Below are positions 10,203 through 17,659 of a stretch of DNA of 60,358 nt, in pieces. The stretch is from positions 1 through 60,358 of the forward strand of contig JAUNIW010000004.1 in assembly GCA_030523245.1 (NCBI GenBank), in the 5' to 3' direction. The notes beneath the pieces are model-generated. The model was not told where the DNA came from. It made no database searches and was given only the letters and a program-made list of their open reading frames with translations. The DNA comes from Pseudomonadota bacterium (GTDB taxonomy: Bacteria > Pseudomonadota > Alphaproteobacteria > RF32 > CAG-239). Position 1 is the stretch's first letter. The number at the start of each line of letters is the position of its first letter. A program made the position numbers and the translations under genes.

Positions 10203-10694
10203 CTAAAAAATATAGCTGTAACCGTTCAGGTCGACAATCCCCCAATTTAAATAGGTGGCAAACAAAAGCCAGAACAGATAGGGCAGCAATAAATAAGCGG
10301 CAAGTTTTTTTATGCCGTGAAAAGCGTCATACAGTAAAACCGCAAAAAAATCCAGAATAATGAGCATTATGAAACCGGCCAGAAATAATCCGCTGTAAAA
10401 GAAGACGCTGGTCCAGATAATCTGCATAAGCAAATTCAGCCAAAACAACAGAACGGCTTTTTTTCTTTTATTTTTTTGGGCTGTATTGAGAACAAGGGTT
10501 AACGATATAATCAGCAAAGCATATAAAATTCCCCAGACAACCGGAAAAACAACATCGGCAGGCGTAAATACCGGCAAGTCAATACGGGTATAAAAAGTGT
10601 TCAGACCAAAATTATTCAGATGGCCGCACAAACCGGCTGTTGCGGCAACACTCAGAAAAGCATAGATAAAATTGGCAAATTTACTTTGAAACAT
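10203..10694 (-). CDS. tspO: TspO/MBR family tryptophan-rich sensory protein
   Basis: 163-aa ORF with five TM helices and a TspO-type motif (FTPADVVFPVVWGILYALL). Confidence 0.78.
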   Translation of the reverse strand: MFQSKFANFIYAFLSVAATAGLCGHLNNFGLNTFYTRIDLPVFTPADVVFPVVWGILYALLIISLTLVLNTAQKNKRKKAVLLFWLNLLMQIIWTSVFFYSGLFLAGFIMLIILDFFAVLLYDAFHGIKKLAAYLLLPYLFWLLFATYLNWGIVDLNGYSYIF

Positions 10695-10844
10695 GGCATT
10701 CTCCTGTTTTTTTCAGATATGCTTGTTTTGCAATTATTCAAGGGTGTCACATTTTTTTGTTTTTTGTCATATTTTTTGTTTGCATTTTGTCAATAATAGT
10801 GTATGATAAGGCATAGTTTCAGAAACAAAAACGGAGTTACGCAA

Positions 10845-12695
10845 ATGGCTAAGGCGGAAGAAGGTACAAAAATTGATTTTCTGGGTGGTAATAATGAATC
10901 CAGAATAGGCGGAAACAGTCTGCTTATTGAACATACGGAAGAAAATGAAGGCGTCAAAAGAGTTATGATTGATTTAGGCGCATTGTTTCCTCCGGAATGG
11001 ACAAATCAGGATTCAATTATTCCCGATGTTCGTCCATATCTCGGTTTTAAAGATAAACCGGCCGAAAAACCAGTGGAAGCCTTGTTTATTTCTCACTGCC
11101 ATGAAGACCATATCGGCGGTTTGGTGCATTTGGCCCGTGCCGGTTATAAAATGCCGGAAATTTATACAAGTCCGTATACCAAAGAGCTGTTGAAAACGGC
11201 TTTCAAAGAAGGAAGGGTTTCTGAAGAAAATCAGCCGAAAGTCAATGTATTAAAAGCCGGAGAAACGGTAGATATTGCTGATAATATACATGTAACACCG
11301 TTTAATGTTTCGCATTCTACCGTCGGTGCCATGGGATTCCATGTTCTGACGACTTTGCGCGGCCGCGTCTGTGCCGGTATTGTTAATCCGGGAGATTATC
11401 GTCTGGGTGAATCCAAAGTAGGACCGGGGTTTGACGAAACATCATTTGAGAGATTTTTGAAAGACAAGACAATTACGCACGTCCTTCTGGATTCTACATC
11501 CAGTGACGGAACAGACGAATATCTGGTTGATTTTGAAAATGCCGTTGCCAATACTCTGGAACAGGTTAATAAACATCAGGATAAACAAGTTATTTCCGCT
11601 GTTATTTCACGCAGTATCCAGAATATGGCTATTGATTTGGAAACAGCCAGACAATCAGGCCGTACGGTTTTTATTGACGGTTATTGGGCAAAACTGGCTT
11701 TTACGGCTTTACAACGCAATGGCATTCATGATTATGACGATATTGTTTATAAAAGCGAAGATTTGAAACATGCCAATGCCAAGGCTTATCTGGATAAATA
11801 TCCGCGCGGCGAACGTTATATTATTCCGAGCGGCGCTTTTGCCGAATCTAAAAAGGGAATGAAATCCGGCCTTTATAAAATGTCCGAACAGCAAAAAGTT
11901 ATGTTGGACAAAGATGGAAAAATCAAAGGTAAAAGTCAAACCGGACATCCTGATTTTACAATTGATGCCCTGACACTTGTTTTAGCCCGTCAGCGGTGTA
12001 TTGAAGCTATAAACGGCAAACAGGTTCGGGCAATGTATAATCGTCTGGCAGCTTTGGGTGCAACAATTGTCGAAAATCGTTCCGGCAATAATACCGGTAA
12101 ATTTGAAACAGCTTTAATGCAGCGAACCGGTCATGCCGTTCGTTCGGAAACAAAAAAGTTTATCGAAATGATTGTCAATAACCGCAAAAACAGCAGCAAA
12201 CTGGTATTTATTCCTATTCACGGTGATGTTCATCAGCTGGCTAATACGGCAAAGGTGGTGCGGGAAGCCGGCGGTGAGCCGTCTGTCTGCTATAATGCCG
12301 ATCAAATCAAAGTTTGGGCCGGCGGTACTAAAAAACTGGAACAAAAGCCGTTGGAAGAGCAGCGCTGGATTGCCGTACAAAGCGAGGCTTTAGCCGGATA
12401 TGCCGGCAGTGCGAATCAATATACATATACGCTGGTTGACAAGGATTTTGCCAAAGTTGAAGATTTGATGGTGGTTCGTGACAGTAATGAGACCGGACGG
12501 GAAATTCAAAATTATTTTTCCAAAAAACTGGAAAAAGCTCAGGATGATGAGGAAAACTATTATGTACCGTCCCGCAAGGAATTTCGTGTCATGAAAGAAA
12601 AACTTTCCCGCAAAAAGAAGAAAAAACTGGCAAAACAGATGATGTCCGGAACAGATATTGCTACCGGTCTGAAAAATAAAAACGACGGGCGCTGA
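10845..12695 (+). CDS. rnj: ribonuclease J (MBL-fold / beta-CASP hydrolase)
   Basis: HCHEDHIGG (HxHxDH) metallo-beta-lactamase motif and RNase J-like N-terminus (FLGGNNESRIGGNSLLIE). Start set at ATG 10845 (SD ACGGAG). The ORF-track start at 10803 lies inside a promoter-like TTGCAT-N16-TATGAT. The C-terminal tail is Lys-rich. Confidence 0.85.
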   Translation: MAKAEEGTKIDFLGGNNESRIGGNSLLIEHTEENEGVKRVMIDLGALFPPEWTNQDSIIPDVRPYLGFKDKPAEKPVEALFISHCHEDHIGGLVHLARAGYKMPEIYTSPYTKELLKTAFKEGRVSEENQPKVNVLKAGETVDIADNIHVTPFNVSHSTVGAMGFHVLTTLRGRVCAGIVNPGDYRLGESKVGPGFDETSFERFLKDKTITHVLLDSTSSDGTDEYLVDFENAVANTLEQVNKHQDKQVISAVISRSIQNMAIDLETARQSGRTVFIDGYWAKLAFTALQRNGIHDYDDIVYKSEDLKHANAKAYLDKYPRGERYIIPSGAFAESKKGMKSGLYKMSEQQKVMLDKDGKIKGKSQTGHPDFTIDALTLVLARQRCIEAINGKQVRAMYNRLAALGATIVENRSGNNTGKFETALMQRTGHAVRSETKKFIEMIVNNRKNSSKLVFIPIHGDVHQLANTAKVVREAGGEPSVCYNADQIKVWAGGTKKLEQKPLEEQRWIAVQSEALAGYAGSANQYTYTLVDKDFAKVEDLMVVRDSNETGREIQNYFSKKLEKAQDDEENYYVPSRKEFRVMKEKLSRKKKKKLAKQMMSGTDIATGLKNKNDGR

Positions 12696-12716
12696 GCTTT
12701 TCGGACGGTGTTATTA

Positions 12717-12786
12717 TCTCTCTTAACTCTTGTCTTTTATAAACGAATGTTATATTTTGAGACAAATGAGTTAAGGGAGATTTTTT
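12717..12786 (+). terminator. long hairpin plus T6: probable rnj terminator that also sequesters the map SD
   Basis: 12717-12735 pairs with 12760-12780 (19 bp: 13+6, one G-U, a 2-nt bulge) and is followed by TTTTTT (12781-12786). The 3' arm contains the AAGGGAGA SD of map. Confidence 0.5.
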
Positions 12787-12789
12787 ATT

Positions 12790-13590
12790 ATGGCTCGTAC
12801 GAATAAAAATGGAATTAAAATTTACGGTGAAGAAGATTTTGCCGGTATGCGAAAGGCCGGAAAAGTTGCTGCAGCCTGTCTGGATTATATTACTGATTAT
12901 GTAAAAGTCGGTGTTTCCACAGGGGAACTTGATGATTTGTGCAATGAATTTATGAAAAGTCACGGTGCTGTTTCGGCGTGCATCGGTTATCATGGGTATC
13001 CTAAAGCAACATGTATATCAATCAATCAGGTTATTTGTCACGGTATTCCGGATTATGAACGAAAATTAGCCGACGGAGATATTCTGAATATTGATGTGAC
13101 GGCAATTGTTGACGGTTACTTCGGTGATACAAGCCGGATGTATTTTGCAGGTAAGCCGAAAGTTAAAGGAAAACGGTTGTGTGATGTGACTTATGAATGT
13201 ATGATGCGCGGAATTGAGGTGGTTAAACCGGGAGCGCATTTTGGTGATATCGGGGCCGTGATTGAAGAATATGCACACAAATACGGTTATTCGGTGGTCG
13301 ATATGTTTTGCGGTCACGGTGTCGGAAAAGTTTTTCATGATGCGCCTAATGTGATGCATTGCGGTGTCAAAGGTACCGGACCGATTATGGAAGAAGGTAT
13401 GATTTTTACGATTGAACCGATGATTAACATGGGTAAAAAAGACGGTGTTATTCTTTCTAACGGCTGGACAGCCGTTACATGTGACCATGCCTGGTCGGCA
13501 CAGTTTGAACATTCGCTCGGCGTAACAAAAGACGGTTATGAAATTTTTACCTATTCACCAAAAGGTATGGATAAACCGCCTTATAAATAA
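12790..13590 (+). CDS. map: type I methionine aminopeptidase
   Basis: 266-aa ORF with MetAP-I metal-ligand context (DILNIDVT, DTSRM, GHGVG, FTIEPM, QFEHS). Confidence 0.95.
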   Translation: MARTNKNGIKIYGEEDFAGMRKAGKVAAACLDYITDYVKVGVSTGELDDLCNEFMKSHGAVSACIGYHGYPKATCISINQVICHGIPDYERKLADGDILNIDVTAIVDGYFGDTSRMYFAGKPKVKGKRLCDVTYECMMRGIEVVKPGAHFGDIGAVIEEYAHKYGYSVVDMFCGHGVGKVFHDAPNVMHCGVKGTGPIMEEGMIFTIEPMINMGKKDGVILSNGWTAVTCDHAWSAQFEHSLGVTKDGYEIFTYSPKGMDKPPYK

Positions 13591-13601
13591 GTTTGAATAA
13601 A

Positions 13602-14312
13602 ATGACACAAATAAAAGAAGATAAGCTTTTATATTTGGGACACCGCGAACGTCTCAGAAGCAGGTTTTTGGCAGATAACGGTGTTAGTATGCCGGATTAT
13701 GAAGTATTGGAATTGCTGTTGACAATGTCAATTCCGCGACGTGATGTTAAACCGCTGGCTAAAAAACTGATTGCCAAATATGGTGATATCGGCGGTGTCA
13801 TTCATGCGCCGGCTCATGAACTTATGGATGTCTGCGGGTTAAGTGTTAATACGTTGACTTTACTGAAAGTTGTGGCAACGTGTGCTTTACGTTCGTCCAG
13901 TGCCTGTTTTGCAGACAGTGACCAGCCGATTATTGCTTATTGGGACCAGTTTGAAGATTATTGCCGGCAGCTTATGGCTTATAACGATGTGGAAGAATTC
14001 AGGGTGTTTTTCTTTGACGGCGCTTTGCATTATAAAGGCAATAAGCTGATGAATATGGGTACTGTCAATAAAACAATGGCTCATCCGCGGGAAATCATTA
14101 AAGCCGCACTTGATAACAAAGCCGTGATTATTGTTTTGGCACATAATCATCCGTCCGGAGAATGTAAACCTTCAGCGGCAGATAAATCTCTGACACAGGA
14201 AATCGTTATGGTTGCCGAAGCTATGGATATAGAAGTTTATGACCATTTGATTGTAACACGCAATGAAATATTCAGTTTTCGGAATTCGGGACTGATTTTG
14301 CCTAAGAAATAG
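13602..14312 (+). CDS. radC: RadC-family JAMM domain protein
   Basis: C-terminal JAMM motif (VLAHNHPSGECKPSAAD) and an N-terminal helix-hairpin-helix-like region. The alternative TTG start is at 13593. Confidence 0.9.
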   Translation: MTQIKEDKLLYLGHRERLRSRFLADNGVSMPDYEVLELLLTMSIPRRDVKPLAKKLIAKYGDIGGVIHAPAHELMDVCGLSVNTLTLLKVVATCALRSSSACFADSDQPIIAYWDQFEDYCRQLMAYNDVEEFRVFFFDGALHYKGNKLMNMGTVNKTMAHPREIIKAALDNKAVIIVLAHNHPSGECKPSAADKSLTQEIVMVAEAMDIEVYDHLIVTRNEIFSFRNSGLILPKK

Positions 14313-14334
14313 AAAATGAAATCCGGCTGACAAT

Positions 14335-14371
14335 AAAAAAAGTCTGTTTCAGAAGAAACAGACTTTTTTTC
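14335..14371. terminator. bidirectional intrinsic terminator between convergent genes
   Basis: AGTCTGTTTC-AGAA-GAAACAGACT hairpin, flanked by an A-run on the left and a T7 run on the right. Confidence 0.75.
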
Positions 14372-14376
14372 AAATC

Positions 14377-14754
14377 TTAAAACAAGGCGATTTTTGCATC
14401 TTCAAAATCAAGGCAGGTTGATGCTTCTTCATGTCTCCAAATCCACAATTCTCTGGGTTTATGGGGGACAAAGCAAAAGTCTGACGGCAAATATTGTCCG
14501 CCGAAAGCATCGAACAAAGCTTTGGCGTGTTTTTTGGAACCGACAAAGTAGTGTTTGTCCAGTGACAGAACTTCAATGTCAAGGGCGTATCTTTGGGGTC
14601 GGTGATAAATAACCTTGTCCAAAATAGAAGTGTCCGTTTTTACGGTAAAGAACACTTGTCCGACATTGTCAAACCAACCGCCTTTTGCGGAAATGTTTTG
14701 GTGGAACACCTGCTTAACAGCCTCCAGACGCTGTTTTTTTTGTTCAAAAATCAT
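14377..14754 (-). CDS. hypothetical protein
   Basis: 125-aa ORF that ends at the bidirectional terminator. No recognisable motif. Confidence 0.6.
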   Translation of the reverse strand: MIFEQKKQRLEAVKQVFHQNISAKGGWFDNVGQVFFTVKTDTSILDKVIYHRPQRYALDIEVLSLDKHYFVGSKKHAKALFDAFGGQYLPSDFCFVPHKPRELWIWRHEEASTCLDFEDAKIALF

Positions 14755-14843
14755 AAATTAAAAAAATTAGATAAATAATTAAATATTATCTAATGAAATA
14801 ACATAAAATTCTTTTTTTGGCAACAAGTTTTATTAAAAAATGC

Positions 14844-14874
14844 TTGACTTAGAGCATACTCTAAGAATTATTCT
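14844..14874 (+). promoter_or_regulatory. MerR-type promoter/operator (19-bp spacer, 7-4-7 dyad)
   Basis: TTGACT (14844-49), 19 bp, TATTCT (14869-74). Perfect dyad CTTAGAG-CATA-CTCTAAG at 14848-14865. Lies 25 nt upstream of the ATG at 14899. Confidence 0.5.
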
Positions 14875-14898
14875 TAAAAAAGATGAAAGGATTTTGAT

Positions 14899-16017
14899 AT
14901 GCGTATATGGTTTATTCTTTTGATTCTTGTTATTTTTTCAACCGTTTCCGGTTTAGTTTATTTAACAAGCCGTGTTGCTAAATTCGGTTTTATGTTGAAA
15001 CTGACGGGGGAAAATACAAAACTGTTATATTTATACGGTTTGGTTTTGGTGCTGGCGGTTTTTGGCATGCTTTGCCTGTGGCTGAATATGATGAATGCCG
15101 TTATTGTGGTTTTGCATTTGATGGTTTTATGGCTTGTTTGTGATGCAATATTCGGTTTTATCGAATACCGGCAGCAGCCGTTTCAACATTATTATGCCGG
15201 AATTTGCGCTGTTGCCATGACGGTGTTGGCTTTAGGTACGGGGTGGTTTTTGAATCATCATGTCTGGACAACCTATTATACGATTGAAACGGATAAAACA
15301 GATAAACCTCTGCGTATTATTCATTTTGCAGATTCACATATAGGTACGACTTTTGACGGCGACGGATTTGCCGAACATGTTGCCGAAATGCAAAAGCTTA
15401 ATCCCGACGTGGTGGTTATTGTCGGAGATTTTGTTGATGACGATACATCACTGGAAGATATGAAAAAAGCATGCGCGGCTCTGGGTTCGCTTAAAACAAC
15501 TTATGGTGTTTACTTTGCCTTTGGCAATCATGATAAGGGGTATTATAGTCCAGAAAAACGCGGATATTCCGGAAGTGAACTGGTTGCGGAATTGCAAAAA
15601 AACGGCGTAACCGTTTTACAGGATGAGGCTGTTTTGCTTGATGACAACTACTATATTCTCGGCCGTAAAGATCAGTCCGAATTTTATCGCGGCGGTAAAC
15701 GGAAAAATATGGACGCATTAGTCAAACCGTTGGATAAAAGCAAATTTGTAGTGGTACTGGATCATCAGCCGAATGACTATAAAAATCAGGCTGAAGCCGA
15801 GGTGGATTTGGTGCTTTCGGGACATACTCACGGCGGGCAGCTGTGGCCGCTCAGTAAAGCCGGCGAATGGATGGGCGTTAATGATCGGACCTATGGACGG
15901 GAGCGTCGTCATTTAACCGATTTTATTGTTACTTCCGGAATTTCGGATTGGGCTATAAAATTTAAAACCGGTACAAAATCAGAAATTGTGGTTATAGATA
16001 TTAAAAACCGTTCTTAA
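14899..16017 (+). CDS. membrane-anchored metallophosphoesterase (calcineurin-like)
   Basis: 372-aa ORF with N-terminal TM helices followed by the motifs HFADSHIG, GDFVDD, GNHD and GHTHGGQ. Confidence 0.88.
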   Translation: MRIWFILLILVIFSTVSGLVYLTSRVAKFGFMLKLTGENTKLLYLYGLVLVLAVFGMLCLWLNMMNAVIVVLHLMVLWLVCDAIFGFIEYRQQPFQHYYAGICAVAMTVLALGTGWFLNHHVWTTYYTIETDKTDKPLRIIHFADSHIGTTFDGDGFAEHVAEMQKLNPDVVVIVGDFVDDDTSLEDMKKACAALGSLKTTYGVYFAFGNHDKGYYSPEKRGYSGSELVAELQKNGVTVLQDEAVLLDDNYYILGRKDQSEFYRGGKRKNMDALVKPLDKSKFVVVLDHQPNDYKNQAEAEVDLVLSGHTHGGQLWPLSKAGEWMGVNDRTYGRERRHLTDFIVTSGISDWAIKFKTGTKSEIVVIDIKNRS

Positions 16018-16030
16018 CTGGAAATTAAAA

Positions 16031-16059
16031 ACAGTCCGAAGATAAGGGCTGTGTTTTTT
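16031..16059 (+). terminator. intrinsic terminator
   Basis: ACAGTCC-N8-GGGCTGT hairpin (one G-U pair) followed by GTTTTTT. Confidence 0.6.
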
Positions 16060-16091
16060 CATTATTACTCTTCCGGTGTATAATATATGCA

Positions 16092-16262
16092 ATGATGATT
16101 TTTGTGTGGCAATCTGATATCTTGCTACCATACCGAAAGTTGGTATATGCTTTTATATTAGCATACTGTATTACCATTGCTGATTTTTGGTATTCATCTC
16201 TAAATGCACCGGATACAGATGATTACAGTATTCCGTTTAGTGAGGATATGGCATCGAAATAG
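16092..16262 (+). CDS. possible small membrane protein (56 aa)
   Basis: ORF below the track cutoff: MMIFVWQSDILLPYRKLVYAFILAYCITIADFWYSS..., with one hydrophobic helix. No SD. TATAAT (16079-84) lies just upstream, so it would be near-leaderless. Confidence 0.25.
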   Translation: MMIFVWQSDILLPYRKLVYAFILAYCITIADFWYSSLNAPDTDDYSIPFSEDMASK

Positions 16263-16301
16263 GACGTTTATTAGGTGGAAAATATCCAAAGGAAGATTGC
16301 G

Positions 16302-16514
16302 ATGAGCTTGTTCAAAGATATATTAAAAAGAATTGGTAAATACATAGGGTATGTGCTGCTTTTTATTTGTTTTTCAGTAATTACAGGTGTTGTTGCCGGA
16401 ATTACTTGGTATGCATTGACAGAGCATAGTTATAAAGAGTGCGATAACCGGTTTATATATGGTTGTATGTCTGCAGGACTTAGTGAAGAAATCTGTAAAG
16501 GCAGAGTATATTAA
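16302..16514 (+). CDS. small membrane protein (70 aa) with Cys-rich tail
   Basis: ATG at 16302 preceded by AAGGAAG. One TM helix (YVLLFICFSVITGVVAGITWYAL). Four Cys in the C-terminal 30 aa. The ORF track extends to GTG 16275. Confidence 0.45.
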   Translation: MSLFKDILKRIGKYIGYVLLFICFSVITGVVAGITWYALTEHSYKECDNRFIYGCMSAGLSEEICKGRVY

Positions 16515-16600
16515 GTTGCAAGGATTTGTTGGATGACAGAAGAACGCCGATACCAATTCGCCTTTATATAAAGATGTATCTAAATCCGGGCTTCCGTGGC

Positions 16601-16630
16601 ATAAAAAATACCACCGGAAGGGTGGTATTT
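16601..16630. repeat. 30-nt exact repeat, left copy (contains terminator hairpin 16608-16628)
   Basis: ATAAAAAATACCACCGGAAGGGTGGTATTT is identical to 16807-16836. The hairpin ATACCACC-GGAAG-GGTGGTAT has its good T-run only on the minus strand. Confidence 0.9.
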
Positions 16631-16660
16631 AGAATTAGCAATCTTTTCCGATACATTAGT

Positions 16661-16676
16661 GTCGGGCAACGAGATT
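16661..16676 (-). repeat. fragment copy of the tRNA-Pro 3' end
   Basis: GTCGGGCAACGAGATT matches 16844-16860 (GTCGGGGCAACGAGATT) with a single G missing. Confidence 0.7.
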
Positions 16677-16700
16677 GTCTTGATTTTTGTAAAAAAATCT

Positions 16701-16800
16701 GCGCCGCTGCGTCGGCTGTACCTGACGGTACCGGCACACTCCCGTGTGCCTCAGCCTCCTTGTCGAACACGCTTTTTCGCGTGTTTGAACCAGCCGCCTG
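16701..16800. ncRNA. candidate structured small RNA (family and strand unresolved)
   Basis: GC-rich block in an AT-rich spacer. Closing helix CGGCTG/CAGCCG (16713-18 / 16791-96) encloses hairpins 16719-30, 16733-50 (7 bp) and 16766-85 (7 bp), plus a single-stranded CCTCCT/AGGAGG linker (16755-60). Terminator hairpins flank it on both sides. No credible ORF. Confidence 0.3.
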
Positions 16801-16806
16801 AAACCA

Positions 16807-16836
16807 ATAAAAAATACCACCGGAAGGGTGGTATTT
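16807..16836. repeat. 30-nt exact repeat, right copy
   Basis: Identical to 16601-16630. Confidence 0.9.
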
Positions 16837-16839
16837 TTT
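16814..16839. terminator. bidirectional intrinsic terminator just 3' of tRNA-Pro
   Basis: ATACCACC-GGAAG-GGTGGTAT followed by TTTTT on the plus strand. An A6 run precedes it, giving a T-run on the minus strand. Confidence 0.65.
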
Positions 16840-16841
16840 AT

Positions 16842-16918
16842 TGGTCGGGGCAACGAGATTCGAACACGCGACATCTTGGTCCCAAACCAAGCGCTCTACC
16901 AGGCTGAGCTATGCCCCG
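16842..16918 (-). tRNA. tRNA-Pro (anticodon UGG)
   Basis: 77-nt cloverleaf folded by hand. Acceptor CGGGGCA/TGCCCCG, D stem GCTC/GAGC, anticodon stem CTTGG/CCAAG with loop TTTGGGA (anticodon TGG), T loop TTCGAAT, encoded CCA. There is one T-T mismatch in the T stem. Confidence 0.9.
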
Positions 16919-17040
16919 TCGACCGATTGCTATATTTACACCATATTTATTTTTTTGCAAGTGTTTTTTTATAGTTGCTCTTATAAAATAATAATACAGC
17001 CGTCGGCAAAACAATTTATAACATGGTGAAAAAACGGAAT

Positions 17041-17583
17041 TTAGGCATTTTTACCAAAATCATAAGCTTGTTTCAGAGCTTTTTGATTGCGCTCAATGTC
17101 TCCTTTTTGCCATGCGCCCAGCCCGCAAATAATGCCTTTTTCGTGGGCATTGTCCAGACAGTCAGCCGTAAAGCCCCGAAAGCCGTCAATAACTTTTGCC
17201 ATATTTTCTTTTGATGAATCTGCTGCGCTGATAATAAAATAAAAGTCTTTGTCCGTCATATCGGTATATTGAGGTACGGTTCGGTCAATCAGGGTTTTCA
17301 TTTGTCCGTTCATTCCGTAAAAATAAACAGGCGAAGCTAAAACAATAACATCGGCATTAAGCATTTTTGTGAGAATTTCTGCCATGTCATCTTTTTGGAC
17401 ACATTTCTTTGTATTATTGCAAATACCGCATCCTAAGCAATAATTGATTTTTTTATCGCTTAAACGAATTTTTTCGACCGTGTGTCCGGCGTCTTCCGCT
17501 CCGCGTCTGAATTCATCACAAAGCGTATCCGAATTTCCATGTAAACGCGGACTACCGGATAAAATTAAAATTTTTTTACTCAT
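17041..17583 (-). CDS. flavodoxin-like NAD(P)H-dependent FMN reductase family protein
   Basis: 180-aa ORF with an ILILSGSPRLHGNS N-terminus, a CLGCGIC motif, and SD AAGGAG. Confidence 0.85.
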   Translation of the reverse strand: MSKKILILSGSPRLHGNSDTLCDEFRRGAEDAGHTVEKIRLSDKKINYCLGCGICNNTKKCVQKDDMAEILTKMLNADVIVLASPVYFYGMNGQMKTLIDRTVPQYTDMTDKDFYFIISAADSSKENMAKVIDGFRGFTADCLDNAHEKGIICGLGAWQKGDIERNQKALKQAYDFGKNA

Positions 17584-17604
17584 CTTTTTCTCCTTTTAAA
17601 GAGT

Positions 17605-17635
17605 AATTTAATCTTTAGAGTTTACTCTAGGTCAA
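17605..17635 (-). promoter_or_regulatory. MerR-type promoter/operator, second copy
   Basis: Read on the minus strand: TTGACC (17635-30), 19 bp, TAAATT (17610-05). The spacer is TAGAGTAAACTCTAAAGAT. By hand alignment, 23 of 31 positions are identical to the site at 14844-14874. Confidence 0.5.
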
Positions 17636-17659
17636 GAAAAATTTTCAATTGAGAGATAA

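Noticed and set aside
10803-10844. Upstream start for the RNase J ORF given by the ORF track
   Set aside because: It overlaps a promoter-like TTGCAT-N16-TATGAT and lacks an SD. ATG 10845 has an SD, and the RNase J-like sequence begins there.
16701-16800. Possibility that the GC-rich structured element is 4.5S/SRP RNA, a tmRNA piece or a degenerate tRNA
   Set aside because: There is no SRP domain IV signature; a GGAA tetraloop flanked by AGG/AGCA loops is absent, and the GNRA hairpin sits on a 7-bp perfect stem. There is no tag-like reading frame or alanine-type acceptor as in tmRNA, and no cloverleaf can be drawn. It is left as an unclassified candidate.
16526-16907. Four overlapping 72-108-aa ORFs on both strands across the GC-rich element and tRNA-Pro
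   Set aside because: They overlap the tRNA and the terminator hairpins, have no SD, and exist only because of the local GC-rich, stop-poor composition.
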